Assembly: GCA_044070495.1 (NCBI GenBank)
Contig: JBIPSI010000029.1
Location: 1 to 64,000 of the forward strand
DNA length: 64,000 nt
Source: Spirulina sp.
GTDB taxonomy: Bacteria; Cyanobacteriota; Cyanobacteriia; Phormidesmidales; Phormidesmidaceae
Direction of reading: 5' to 3'
The stretch's first letter is position 1; each line of letters begins with the position of its first letter. This document shows positions 39,228-48,860 of this stretch, piece after piece. A program made the position numbers and the translations under genes. The notes under the pieces are model-generated. The model was not told the origin of the DNA, ran no database searches, and saw nothing but the letters and a program-made list of their open reading frames with translations.

Positions 39228-40760
39228 TTAGAACTCCATCCGCTGATATTCAGCGACGGAGGCAGCCGCCGGACGGGCTCGTTGACGCGCCCAATCGCGC
39301 AGGGCGGTCACTTGTTCACTCATGGTTTTAGACAACGGCAACGTGGCTCGAATGGCAGCAATAATATCGAGTTGAGTGAACTCTCGTCCTTGGGCAAAGG
39401 CTTCATACATGGCGGAAATCAAGCCCTGCTCAATTTCTGCCCCAGAAAATCCATCGCAGACCTTGGTGAGTTGATCGAGGTCAAAACGGTCAATGTCGCG
39501 CCGCCGCTTTTTCAGATGGATTTGGAAAATATCTTTGCGTTCTTCGGCGTTGGGCAAATCGACAAAGAAGATTTCATCAAAGCGCCCCTTTCGCAGGAAC
39601 TCACCGGGCAAACGCTCCACTCGGTTGGCGGTGGCCATCACAAACACCGGGGAGGTTTTTTCCTGCATCCAGGTGAGGAAGGTGCCAAAAATTCGACTGG
39701 AGGTACCGCCGTCGGAATCGGAGGAACCACCCGCCCCGGCAAAGGCTTTGTCAATTTCATCGATGAACAAAATTGCCGGAGAAATGGATTCAGCCGTACG
39801 CAGAGCGTTGCGCAAGTTCGCCTCCGAACGCCCCACGGTGGAGCCATCGTAGACCCGTCCCAAATCCAACCGTAGCAGGGGCAACCCCCACAGCCGGGAA
39901 GTGGTCTTAGCAATCAGAGATTTGCCACAACCAGGAACTCCCAGAATCAGCATTCCCTTAGGCTGGGGTAGGCCGTACTCTCGTGCCCGTTCAGTGAACG
40001 CATCGGAGCGCTGGAAAAGCCAGTGTTTCAACTCTTCTAAACCACCCACAGAATCGATGGTTTCGTCCACATCCATGAACTCCAGGATGCCGTTGCGACG
40101 GATGAGTTGCTTCTTCTCGGAGAGGACAATTTCCACTTCCTCTGCCGTTAGTTTTTTCGCCATCACCCGCGCTTTGCGGTATACCTTTTCAGCTTCGTCA
40201 CGGGTTAACCCTAGAGCAGCTTTCAATAGCTTTTCTCGATCTTCGGTGGTAATGCTGCCACCTCTAGCTCGATTTAATTCCGTGGAGAGAACCTCGTCTA
40301 ATTCCGTCATGTCGGGCATAGGGAAATCGAGAACGACCACCTCTTTCTCAAGCTCGATGGGCACTTCCTGCACCGGAGACATCAGCACAATAGTTTTTGA
40401 AGTGCCCTTGAGGGCAATAATCGCATCACGCAGACATCGAGTTACTGCGGGAGAATCCTTAAAGGGGTGAAGATCCTTGAAGATAAAGATGCCCGGTTCT
40501 CGCTGACGAATCACCCACTCTACAGCCGCTTCGGGGGAGACCGTGTTGTTGTGCTGGGTACCCGCTCCGGGATTGCCGTACTCCACCATGCCACGGGTCA
40601 TGGTCCAGGTGTAAAGTTTGAGAGGATTTTTAACATCCTGCTCCCGAGCTAACCGACGAGCTACGGCGGCAATCGTTTGTTCGGCCCGTTCTTCCTCAAA
40701 GGTGACCAGATAGATCAGAGGATATTGGGCTTGTATAAGTACATTCAAATCCTCTTTCAT
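39228..40760 (-). CDS. ycf46: Ycf46-family AAA+ ATPase
   Basis: Motifs YPLIYLVTFEEER, GVPGCGKSL, ILFIDEIDK and LRKGRFDEIFFVDLP; ATG at 40760. Confidence 0.92.
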   Translation of the reverse strand: MKEDLNVLIQAQYPLIYLVTFEEERAEQTIAAVARRLAREQDVKNPLKLYTWTMTRGMVEYGNPGAGTQHNNTVSPEAAVEWVIRQREPGIFIFKDLHPFKDSPAVTRCLRDAIIALKGTSKTIVLMSPVQEVPIELEKEVVVLDFPMPDMTELDEVLSTELNRARGGSITTEDREKLLKAALGLTRDEAEKVYRKARVMAKKLTAEEVEIVLSEKKQLIRRNGILEFMDVDETIDSVGGLEELKHWLFQRSDAFTERAREYGLPQPKGMLILGVPGCGKSLIAKTTSRLWGLPLLRLDLGRVYDGSTVGRSEANLRNALRTAESISPAILFIDEIDKAFAGAGGSSDSDGGTSSRIFGTFLTWMQEKTSPVFVMATANRVERLPGEFLRKGRFDEIFFVDLPNAEERKDIFQIHLKKRRRDIDRFDLDQLTKVCDGFSGAEIEQGLISAMYEAFAQGREFTQLDIIAAIRATLPLSKTMSEQVTALRDWARQRARPAAASVAEYQRMEF

Positions 40761-41149
40761 GACCGATACCTTTTCGAGGGTGAGGGACATTAGGGCCGTT
40801 AGCGAATCGTCTGGACGGAAATGGTTTGCCTAGAAGCTTGCTATATGCAGCTCATACATTTTAGGAATAACCGAACCCACCTTTCAATTCTGTTTTTAAG
40901 ACAACATTATTTTCAATCTCTTGTCAGTTTTCTTAACGTTAACCTCGATTACTAAACAACCACATCTACTAATCAGCAAGGTGACCGAAACTGTTTGGAA
41001 CCGTCTCAATTAACAAAAAAGTAACAGCTCACAATTTGTACTGAAAAGATACACAATAGATAAAGCTGGCTTAAGAATGCTAGAAACCAGGGCAGCTTAA
41101 AACCTTGGCAGCAGCGTTAACGAATCCAAAATAAACTGAATACGAGGGG

Positions 41150-41515
41150 CTAGCAGACGACTAACTCGCCTTCCCCCCGTGAGCCGGGAACCCCAACCAT
41201 TTCAGGCAGGTCGGAATCATTAAGAGTAGCGCCATTGGGAGCCGTTAGAGCGGCCATTCTGGCTAACTCGACTAGCTCTCCTTCGCGAACCACCACAGCG
41301 GTGGCACAGCTAGGACAGTCGTACACTTGATGAGAATGTCCATGGGCTACCTCAAACCCTTCATCCACAAGCTCGGAATGAGCCAGATAGAAGTCAATGG
41401 CGCGCTTAGCAATGGAAGACATCGCTTCTCCTTCAACGGCGGCACGAATGCGCAGTTGACGATGCAGATCAGGCGGTAAATAGAGGGTAACTTTGGTCGC
41501 TTTTTGGTCTTCCAT
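41150..41515 (-). CDS. Ribbon-helix-helix protein with a CxxC motif
   Basis: Motifs KVTLYLPPDLHRQLRIRAA and HGHSHQVYDCPSC; first gene of a cluster resembling slr0373-slr0374-slr0376. Confidence 0.85.
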   Translation of the reverse strand: MEDQKATKVTLYLPPDLHRQLRIRAAVEGEAMSSIAKRAIDFYLAHSELVDEGFEVAHGHSHQVYDCPSCATAVVVREGELVELARMAALTAPNGATLNDSDLPEMVGVPGSRGEGELVVC

Positions 41516-41553
41516 AACGCACTTCTAATTAGGGGTGACCCAGGTATGTAGCT

Positions 41554-41583
41554 ACCTTAGCGGCGGCTTCTCGATGCTGTCAA
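41554..41583 (-). promoter_or_regulatory. Sigma70-type promoter of the RHH gene
   Basis: Minus strand TTGACA (41583-41578), N18, TAAGGT (41559-41554). Confidence 0.6.
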
Positions 41584-41611
41584 GACGGCTTAACGTTATG
41601 ACGTCATTTTG

Positions 41612-41629
41612 TTTACATTTGTTTACAAA
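41612..41629 (+). promoter_or_regulatory. HLR1 (RpaB-binding) site
   Basis: TTTACATT-tg-TTTACAAA is an exact match to (G/T)TTACA(T/A)(T/A)-N2-(G/T)TTACA(T/A)(T/A). Confidence 0.72.
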
Positions 41630-41792
41630 AGAGGGCTTTCGTAGGATTCGTAGGAATAGATCGGGCGTCAGAGGTGCGCGGGTAGGGTGCCCAACCTACT
41701 TCAGGGCTGATGGCTTAACACATCCCTGAAGTAGACGTTGGGTGCAGCGGTGCGGCCCCTATGATCGAAAAATTGATTAACGTCCTGGAACG

Positions 41793-42425
41793 CTAACCGT
41801 TGACCCGACGCTGCTTGCGGGATGGCGTGCTGCGCACCGATGATCCGCCTGCGCCACCCATGCCCACGCGCCCTAGGCCCAGCAGACCAATCCCCATCAC
41901 CACAAAGTTGCTGGTGCTGGCCAGGCTGGTTTTGGTGAGGGTGGTCTTGGCGTTTTGGGTCAGGGTTTCCGCCTGGGTTTCGATAGCCGCCAGCGCTTGG
42001 GAAAATTCCTCTGGGCTGACGTTGGCGCTGATTTCGGGGTTGTTGCGGCCCTCTTCTACCTGGGTTTGCAGGGTTTGGGCCTCTTGGTTAATGCGCTCAA
42101 CGGTTTGCGACTGAAGCGATAGCCCATCGCGAATGACTAAAATGCAGGACAGCAAAAATATCACCCCCACGGCTAAGGAGAGGTAGGAGAAGGGCTTGCG
42201 TAGTTGGGGCATCTCCCAAAAGCTAAAGATCACTAGGGCCAAGCCAAACAGCAACACAATGCTGCGATCTCCCATTTGCTGCAAGAGGCCCACCCGCCAA
42301 GCGGCCCCTGAACCCAGGGGAAAGGTGAGGGCAATCATATCGGCCAAAAAACCAAACAGACAGGTAAACCCAACAATGCGGGCAATCATCTGGCCCGCCA
42401 ATCCGGTAGAGGTTTGTGTAGACAT
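41793..42425 (-). CDS. HpsJ-like membrane protein
   Basis: Three TM segments, a coiled coil and a C-terminal TM; motif W....LQQMGDRSIV.LFG; paralog of 60521-61291. Confidence 0.75.
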   Translation of the reverse strand: MSTQTSTGLAGQMIARIVGFTCLFGFLADMIALTFPLGSGAAWRVGLLQQMGDRSIVLLFGLALVIFSFWEMPQLRKPFSYLSLAVGVIFLLSCILVIRDGLSLQSQTVERINQEAQTLQTQVEEGRNNPEISANVSPEEFSQALAAIETQAETLTQNAKTTLTKTSLASTSNFVVMGIGLLGLGRVGMGGAGGSSVRSTPSRKQRRVNG

Positions 42426-42798
42426 ACTGACCATAACCAATACTTATCCTAAAGGTTGAGTGAACGGTGAAGGAACGCGCAGACCATTGGGTAGGCCGTC
42501 TTCACCCTCCCCTATTCGGAACCACCCTTCAGCGTCCGTCAGGTTAGGCCAGGGTTTAGCAGAGCTTTATATAATCCTTCACAGATTGACCGTAGGGGTC
42601 TTGCTATCCCTAGTTCTACTCTGCGGAACCACCCCAGGATTAGCGCTATCACCCAAATTGGAGTGGCAAAAATTAGGCAGCAAAAAGTAGCCCCAGGCCA
42701 GAAAGCCTGAGGCATGAGTCACTCTATTTCACGATCTTCTACGATTAAAGATGCGTGGTAGAGGTTAGATTGTGGTTGATGGCTAAAGGGACTTGCCC

Positions 42799-42899
42799 TG
42801 GACGCGGCAACCGCGCCCCTACCTCCCTTGAATATCGTAGGGGTCAGGTCTCCTGACCCTTTCAGACGTCTGGATTTTGGCAATTTTTGTCAGGCAACC
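42799..42899. repeat. GTAG-type REP pair
   Basis: GCGGCAACCGCGCCCCTAC ... GTAGGGGTCAGGTCTCCTGACCC; similar to the 37.2 kb cluster. Confidence 0.7.
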
Positions 42900-42935
42900 A
42901 CCACCGCTAGGTTGGATTCCATCGGGCTAGGCCTT

Positions 42936-43057
42936 GCTGACTGACATAACGCCGAAAAGCATTGATTTCTCGTAGGTTGGGTGGCGCGATAGCAGAACCC
43001 AACAAGCCCGAAATCCTCGGCGAGTGTTGGGTTCCGCTTCGCTGCACCCAACCTACT
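42936..43057. repeat. REP/REPIN-like dispersed repeat, copy B (inverse of 7288-7409)
   Basis: 122-bp near-identical reverse complement of 7288-7409. Confidence 0.85.
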
Positions 43058-43127
43058 TTGGAGATGTGTCAGGCAATCAGGGGCTAGGCACCGTTGCTGG
43101 CTGACGATAGGCGCACAGCAGCCACCG

Positions 43128-44051
43128 CTAGGTCGCCTTGCGCGGACGACGTTTTACCATGGCCATTACGGCATAGTAGTAGGCGGTCAGAATCAAGCCT
43201 GCAATAATTTGTGAGCCCCAATTGCTGTGCCAGAAATTAAAAGATTCCTGCCCCCAATAAACAGAGGCCATCGTCAGCAGCATAATGCGAGGAATGTTAA
43301 AGACCAAACCCATCACGAAACCTGCCAGCATCATTAATCCAATCTTCGACCAGGGCTGTTTAAGCAACAGACCCATAATCAATCCTGAGGCGGCAATCGT
43401 ACAGGCCATGGCAAAGCCGTTGCAATCCCAGTTTACATCCACGGCTCCGATAGGTTCAATGGCTACGTAGGGGCCATCGGCGATGGCAGGCTGACCGATC
43501 AGACGTAGACCAAACGCTGAGGCGGTGGCCATCATGCGATCTAGAAAGCGATAGGGGGTTAAGGTTTCCCAGAGCAAACGGGCAAACACACTAGGCCTAG
43601 AATAGACCGTTAGAGCTGTAAAAAGGCTTATCAGAGGGAAACGAACGAAAAAACTAGCCCCCCAAGTGCTAGTGGCAATCCCTGCCAGGATAAGCAACCA
43701 TAGCAAGCTCTGGGGCCAAATCGCAAAGTGCAGGAAGGGAAAGGCAACAATGCCAGCCACAATTAACATGTGGCCTAAGACCTGATCTTCTTGGGAAGCC
43801 GAGGATTGAGCAAGGGTGTGGCGCTGGGGCCAAATTTGCCACAGGCCCAGGCCAATAATAGAAAACAGAATCAAAATACCGTCTGATCCTCTTCGCATAC
43901 TGAGGTAGACGTCGTAAAGCCAAACGGGTAGATAAAACAGACCTACCGTTAACCCAGCTAAAACAAAGCGCCCATGCCAGGTTTTGATTGCCCGTTTAAT
44001 TGTATTTGCGAGGAGGGCTGAAGTGGAGGATAAATAGTTCATAGCTGACAC
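43128..44051 (-). CDS. Exosortase-family transpeptidase (cyanoexosortase C-like)
   Basis: Multi-TM protein with the Cys-Arg-His triad in the expected order: VDVNWDCNG, FNIPRIMLL and FNFWHS. The subtype is assigned from memory. Confidence 0.8.
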   Translation of the reverse strand: MSAMNYLSSTSALLANTIKRAIKTWHGRFVLAGLTVGLFYLPVWLYDVYLSMRRGSDGILILFSIIGLGLWQIWPQRHTLAQSSASQEDQVLGHMLIVAGIVAFPFLHFAIWPQSLLWLLILAGIATSTWGASFFVRFPLISLFTALTVYSRPSVFARLLWETLTPYRFLDRMMATASAFGLRLIGQPAIADGPYVAIEPIGAVDVNWDCNGFAMACTIAASGLIMGLLLKQPWSKIGLMMLAGFVMGLVFNIPRIMLLTMASVYWGQESFNFWHSNWGSQIIAGLILTAYYYAVMAMVKRRPRKAT

Positions 44052-44081
44052 GGAACGGAGAACATGGAAATCAAGATGAAC

Positions 44082-45314
44082 TTACTCGCTTGCACCTATG
44101 GACTGGGCGATAGGCACTGAAGGAATCGCAGTACCCTTAGCTTGGATAGCAGACTCATAAATTTCCATCAGACGTGCATAGTTGGCAGCAGCAGTGTAGT
44201 GTTGTTCAAATTCAGACCTAGCAGCATGGCGCATGGCAGCTAGTTCCGACTCATGGCTCATGGCCCAGTCAACCTGGGTAGCTAGATCGACCGCGTCTCC
44301 GGGGGTAAAGTGAAGACCTGTCCGTCGATGATCAATAAGTTCAGCCATAGCTCCAAACCTAGAAGCGATTACAGGAGTCCCCTTAGAGAAAGCCTCAATG
44401 GCAACACGTCCGAAAGTTTCATACCACTTCGATGGAAAAATCAGAAATTTTGCCTCTCCAATTAACTCATAAACTTCCTGAATAGGCTTTCTACCTAGCC
44501 ATTCAATGGATGAGTTACTTTCAGACGCTTGGCTTACAACGTTAGCGAGAGGGCCATCGCCTATAATTTTCAATGGCAACTTAACTGAAAGTCTAGTCCA
44601 AGCATCCAGAAGAATATCTAGACCTTTTTCTACGGAGAGTCTACCCACGTAAATAGCATAGTTCCCTGATCCCAGACCAGAACCTAGATCATTATAGACA
44701 AAGTTAGGTTTAACAAATATTTTTTCAGGGGGCAGGCCTCCAGAAATAAACTTCTGACGTGCAAACTCTGTCAAGGCAATATAAGCGTCCACCTTATCTA
44801 TCCAAGTTGAGAGCAGACTGTGGGTAAACAACATAGATGCCACGGCAGCACTAGCTAGACGGTCCTCTTTATAGCATCCATGCAATACGCTAGGCCAAGG
44901 TAGAGTTTTTCCTAAACAGGCTTCACAAACTTTACCTTGCCTGAAGAAAAGGCCATTCGGGCAAAGCAAGCGATAATTGTGCAGGGTTTGTATTATGGGT
45001 ACTCCGTTGTTATAGGCAGCATAGTAAACGGAAGGTGAAACTAAAGGGAAAAAGTTATGAACATGAACTAAATCATAACGATGGGTAGTTAGTATATTAC
45101 TAATCGAATTAAAGGTTTCCTGAGACCAAATAGTTTTTTGTGCGCTTTTAAAGGGAGTGAAATCAACCAATTTATTATTGTTTTCTTCATAACTGTCAAG
45201 AATATGCCCATGCAGCCGGAGCAGAGCGCACTCTTCTTCATGACAATAGTCTTCTCCACCTCTAATTTGATACTTATTATGAACACTTAATATTTTCAAA
45301 ATTACTTCTCTCAA
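44082..45314 (-). CDS. GT4 glycosyltransferase
   Basis: Motifs VHNKYQIRGGED, HVHNFFPLVSPS, YVGRLSVEKG and YETFGRVAIEAF. Confidence 0.92.
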   Translation of the reverse strand: MREVILKILSVHNKYQIRGGEDYCHEEECALLRLHGHILDSYEENNNKLVDFTPFKSAQKTIWSQETFNSISNILTTHRYDLVHVHNFFPLVSPSVYYAAYNNGVPIIQTLHNYRLLCPNGLFFRQGKVCEACLGKTLPWPSVLHGCYKEDRLASAAVASMLFTHSLLSTWIDKVDAYIALTEFARQKFISGGLPPEKIFVKPNFVYNDLGSGLGSGNYAIYVGRLSVEKGLDILLDAWTRLSVKLPLKIIGDGPLANVVSQASESNSSIEWLGRKPIQEVYELIGEAKFLIFPSKWYETFGRVAIEAFSKGTPVIASRFGAMAELIDHRRTGLHFTPGDAVDLATQVDWAMSHESELAAMRHAARSEFEQHYTAAANYARLMEIYESAIQAKGTAIPSVPIAQSIGASE

Positions 45315-45326
45315 ATATTCTCATTG

Positions 45327-46481
45327 TCATCTTTCTGCTGTTGTGACAACTATTTTTGTGACATCAAGCAGAAACTGCTTTGCTAGTTCAGGAGTATGTT
45401 TAGAGATCACTAACTTTGAGGCTTCTCCCATTTGATCGACCATATTAGGACATTCTAAAAACTTAAGCATTACATTGACTATTTCATGAAAATTTTTTGA
45501 TTCTACAAGAAATCCGTTTTGGCCATCTTGGATTAATTCTGAAGCTCCAGCACCTTTTGAACAAATAACGGGTTTTCCAAAAGCCATTGCTTCTAAAACT
45601 ACCATTCCCCAAGTATCTTCTAAGGTTGGAAATACAAACACATTAGCATTGTGAAAGCAGGTACCAATTGCGCCATAATCTACCCAGCCAATCCATTCAA
45701 CAGGTAAGCCATGTTGCATGCAATAGGCCTTGAGTTCGTCTTCTTGCGGACCTTGTCCAACTACTTGGAGTATGAATTCATGTCCACGACCCAAACTTTT
45801 AATTTGCTGACAAGCTTGTAGTAAATACATAAGTCCTTTTCTAGGAATGAGTTGCCCCACAAAGAGGAAAATCATTCTATTAGACAATTTTCCATTCTTT
45901 TTGGCAAGATTAGAATTCCTTAACAGCGCATTATTAGCAGGAACCTGGTATGGTCGATGAAAAACTTTCTCAGAGTTTATTCTTAGGTATTCTGAAATAT
46001 ATTCTTTTCCAGCACTTGAATTAGTAATTATAGAATCGGCTGATCTTCCTGCTTGGCGACGAATCCATGTGCGAATAGTAGAGTTGCGGAAATCAATATT
46101 AGGACTGCTCCCATCGTATACTATTACCACTTTCCATTGATAAATACGCTTTAATAGTAGAACTAGTAAAGTCCATATGGAAAACCCGCTCGTGAAAATA
46201 ACATGAGGCCTGTACTTCTTTAAATGCAAAATAATTTTTGGGGAAACGAGTGAAAACTTATAAGTATACATTTCTGCATCTTTAGAAGCGAAAACCTTAG
46301 TCTTGCCAACAACTTGAACAGGGAATGAGTTTTCAAATCCCTCAGAATAACCTTCCCATTCACCCGTAAATACGAATATTTCTGACACAGAATTAGCATA
46401 CTCAGATAATATAGGATGCCAGTAGTTTCCACCTTTGAGAGATGGAAAAACCCAGGCAACACGAAGCTTTTTAAGATTCAT
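45327..46481 (-). CDS. GT4 glycosyltransferase
   Basis: Motifs FVGQLIPRKG and FVFPTLEDTWGMVVLEAMAFGKP. Confidence 0.92.
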   Translation of the reverse strand: MNLKKLRVAWVFPSLKGGNYWHPILSEYANSVSEIFVFTGEWEGYSEGFENSFPVQVVGKTKVFASKDAEMYTYKFSLVSPKIILHLKKYRPHVIFTSGFSIWTLLVLLLKRIYQWKVVIVYDGSSPNIDFRNSTIRTWIRRQAGRSADSIITNSSAGKEYISEYLRINSEKVFHRPYQVPANNALLRNSNLAKKNGKLSNRMIFLFVGQLIPRKGLMYLLQACQQIKSLGRGHEFILQVVGQGPQEDELKAYCMQHGLPVEWIGWVDYGAIGTCFHNANVFVFPTLEDTWGMVVLEAMAFGKPVICSKGAGASELIQDGQNGFLVESKNFHEIVNVMLKFLECPNMVDQMGEASKLVISKHTPELAKQFLLDVTKIVVTTAER

Positions 46482-46779
46482 GATAGAAAGAACCGTAGAA
46501 CCATAAACAAACAACAATTGCTATCAACAAAAATTTTAAAGTGTCTTTGATTTTTAGAATTTTCTGAAAAAATAATGATGAATCGGAGGTGTTGCTAGGA
46601 TTAAGAACTTTGAAAAGGAAATGTCCGATGCCACCATTCAGCTCAGTTCAGACTTTACCAAACTACGCTTAAGCGGCTTGCAGCCACTGGCAAGAAATCT
46701 CAAATGGGTTCTATAAAACATTTCAATGATCCACATTCATTCCAACTCGGACCTCGTAAGCTCTATCTCTGTAACATCA

Positions 46780-47260
46780 TCAGCGGTCAGCCAAGCATAC
46801 TCTAAATCGGTCGTGACTTTGATATCTACGGCCTTAATGAGTGCTGATGTCAAGTTTAGCCATTAGCCGCATTACCCGATAATGACAGACCATTAAGCAT
46901 TGGGCCTTTAACCTAGTCTCAATCCTTAGGGAGCCATAGTTATAGCGACTTACAGCTTAAATTTGCTGAATCTGGCAAGACAATAAGGAAGGCCGTAGCT
47001 TTTTTGAGAAATCACGATCCATCTGCACTTGTTTTAGATCTTGACGCAACTCATTGAGTTCTTGATACTCCGGTCAATTCCCATTAGGGATCGATGGAGC
47101 GTTTAATTTAGTTTTGTTTCACCCACTTGCACAATGCGCTTTAGGTCAATCACATCCCTATAACCACCTGGCTAACCAGTTTTCCTGATTGACCGACGAG
47201 CGAATGGTTTTAGCTTTTCGCTCGTCAGTAAATGGCCTAAGCGGTTTTTTGCTAATCTGA
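46780..47260 (-). mobile_element. Heavily decayed IS3-family transposase remnant (orfA plus the start of orfB)
   Basis: Minus-strand fragments RPFTDERKAKTIR / VGQSGKLVSQV..SALCKWVKQ / EYQELNELRQDLKQVQMDRDF.KKATAF (orfA with an A-run), then YGS.RI..LKAQ..RVMRLMAKL..KVTTD (orfB); many stop codons. Confidence 0.75.
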
Positions 47261-47324
47261 ACATTCTCCTTCGTTATCGAATCTTCGGAAATATCTATTT
47301 TTGCTGGGGAAGGACAAAATATGC

Positions 47325-48473
47325 CTATATTTTATGCAGCAAACGATGTAGTGCCTCAGTCACACTATCTAAAGAGTGAGAATTCATATACGCTAAGGAT
47401 TTTGTCCCTAAACGCTTTGATATATCAGGAAATTCAATTAATTTCAGCATTAAATCTGCTAGTTCTTGAGGCTTATTAGGATTAAATAGAAACCCATTTT
47501 GATCTTCAACTACCATTTCTGATGCCCCAACAAATTTAGAGCATAAAATAGCCTTTCCAAACGACATTGCTTCCAGAACAGCCATTCCCCAGGTATCTTC
47601 TAGGCTTGGAAATACAAATACGTCGGCAAGCTCTAGCCAATAACCTAATTCGCCATAGTTTATTCTACCCAACCAGAGAATTTGACCGTCGAGATCGTAG
47701 AAAGTAGCTAATTCTTTAAAGTCTTCAGCTTGTTGACCGTCTCCTATGATGAGTACAGTATAATCAACCACTCCAGAATCTTTGAGAAGATTACAAGATT
47801 CTAAAAGTTTGTCAATTCCTTTTCTATATATAATTTGACCTACGTATAGAAAAATAAGTTGATTTTGTTTTTTTATCTCTATACTTTTGCTATTTTTTTC
47901 GGCTAGCATTAAATCTTTGTCTGGCAAAAGATAAGTGATCGGTGCAATCATTTTCTTGTCAATTTTCAAGAATTCTTCAAGATATTTTACTGCAGAAGAA
48001 TTGTTGGCAATAAACTGATCGGTGAATTTAGAGATTAGTTTCCTTGCGGACGACCGTATAAAAGAATCGCTAAAATCCGCATTAAATGTACTTCCTTCAT
48101 AAAGGGTAATTATTTTCCATTTGAAGATTGGTTTCGCTAATGCAATTAAAAATGACCACAAAGAAAATGCGCTTGTAATTACGTAATCAGGCTTATACTG
48201 AGACAAAAAGTAAATGATACTAAGAGGCAATAACATTACCCCTCTCTGATACCCAGAACTGTTTTGATTTGTCGGGATTAATTTAAATTTTCCAACGATT
48301 CGAACTGACTTTGAATAGTCTGCTGACCTATCAAATTCAGGCCAGACTTTTGTTGTAAAGAAGATAGAGTTTTTGAATTTTCCTGTGAAGCTTTGTACTA
48401 GCGGTTGCCAATGTGCACCGGCAGACATGGTTGGAAGCAGCCAAGCGACTCGGAGAGTATCATCTTCTTTCAT
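47325..48473 (-). CDS. GT4 glycosyltransferase (paralog of 45327-46481)
   Basis: Motifs LRVAWLLP, YVGQIIYRKG and FVFPSLEDTWGMAVLEAMSFGK. Confidence 0.92.
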   Translation of the reverse strand: MKEDDTLRVAWLLPTMSAGAHWQPLVQSFTGKFKNSIFFTTKVWPEFDRSADYSKSVRIVGKFKLIPTNQNSSGYQRGVMLLPLSIIYFLSQYKPDYVITSAFSLWSFLIALAKPIFKWKIITLYEGSTFNADFSDSFIRSSARKLISKFTDQFIANNSSAVKYLEEFLKIDKKMIAPITYLLPDKDLMLAEKNSKSIEIKKQNQLIFLYVGQIIYRKGIDKLLESCNLLKDSGVVDYTVLIIGDGQQAEDFKELATFYDLDGQILWLGRINYGELGYWLELADVFVFPSLEDTWGMAVLEAMSFGKAILCSKFVGASEMVVEDQNGFLFNPNKPQELADLMLKLIEFPDISKRLGTKSLAYMNSHSLDSVTEALHRLLHKI

Positions 48474-48860
48474 AAGATATAGTTGTTTTGGATCAATCAA
48501 TACTTGCTAATTGAAGAATCTATTTATTACTTGATTGACTAGCAAAAGCTATAGTGCGGGTTAGCATTGAGCGATTAAAAGAACAACACCAGAAACAAAC
48601 TCAATGGCTATACTGGCGCTAAACGCGTTTACAGTCGAGCAAGGGTTTTAGAAGTACTGTCAAGCAATTAGATTCTTTGCTTTCAAGGCTATTTTTATGG
48701 TGACTATTACTTTCTAAGCAATACACACGGTAAGTTCCGAGAAGTAAACTACCTGATTGGCAAAGGCTCTACACCTGGATCTCTGCCTACGGGAGAATAA
48801 GGAGATGCATTCTTAGGCAGAAATCTCCTTAACAGGAAAATAAAATTGATGCATATACTA

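Noticed and set aside
40791..41149. AT-rich gap inside the RHH-AAA operon as a hidden gene or insertion
   Set aside because: No convincing ORF, TIR or TSD was found; it may simply be regulatory DNA.
41544..41555. NtcA site before the RHH gene
   Set aside because: The spacing is GTA-N6-TAC, not N8.
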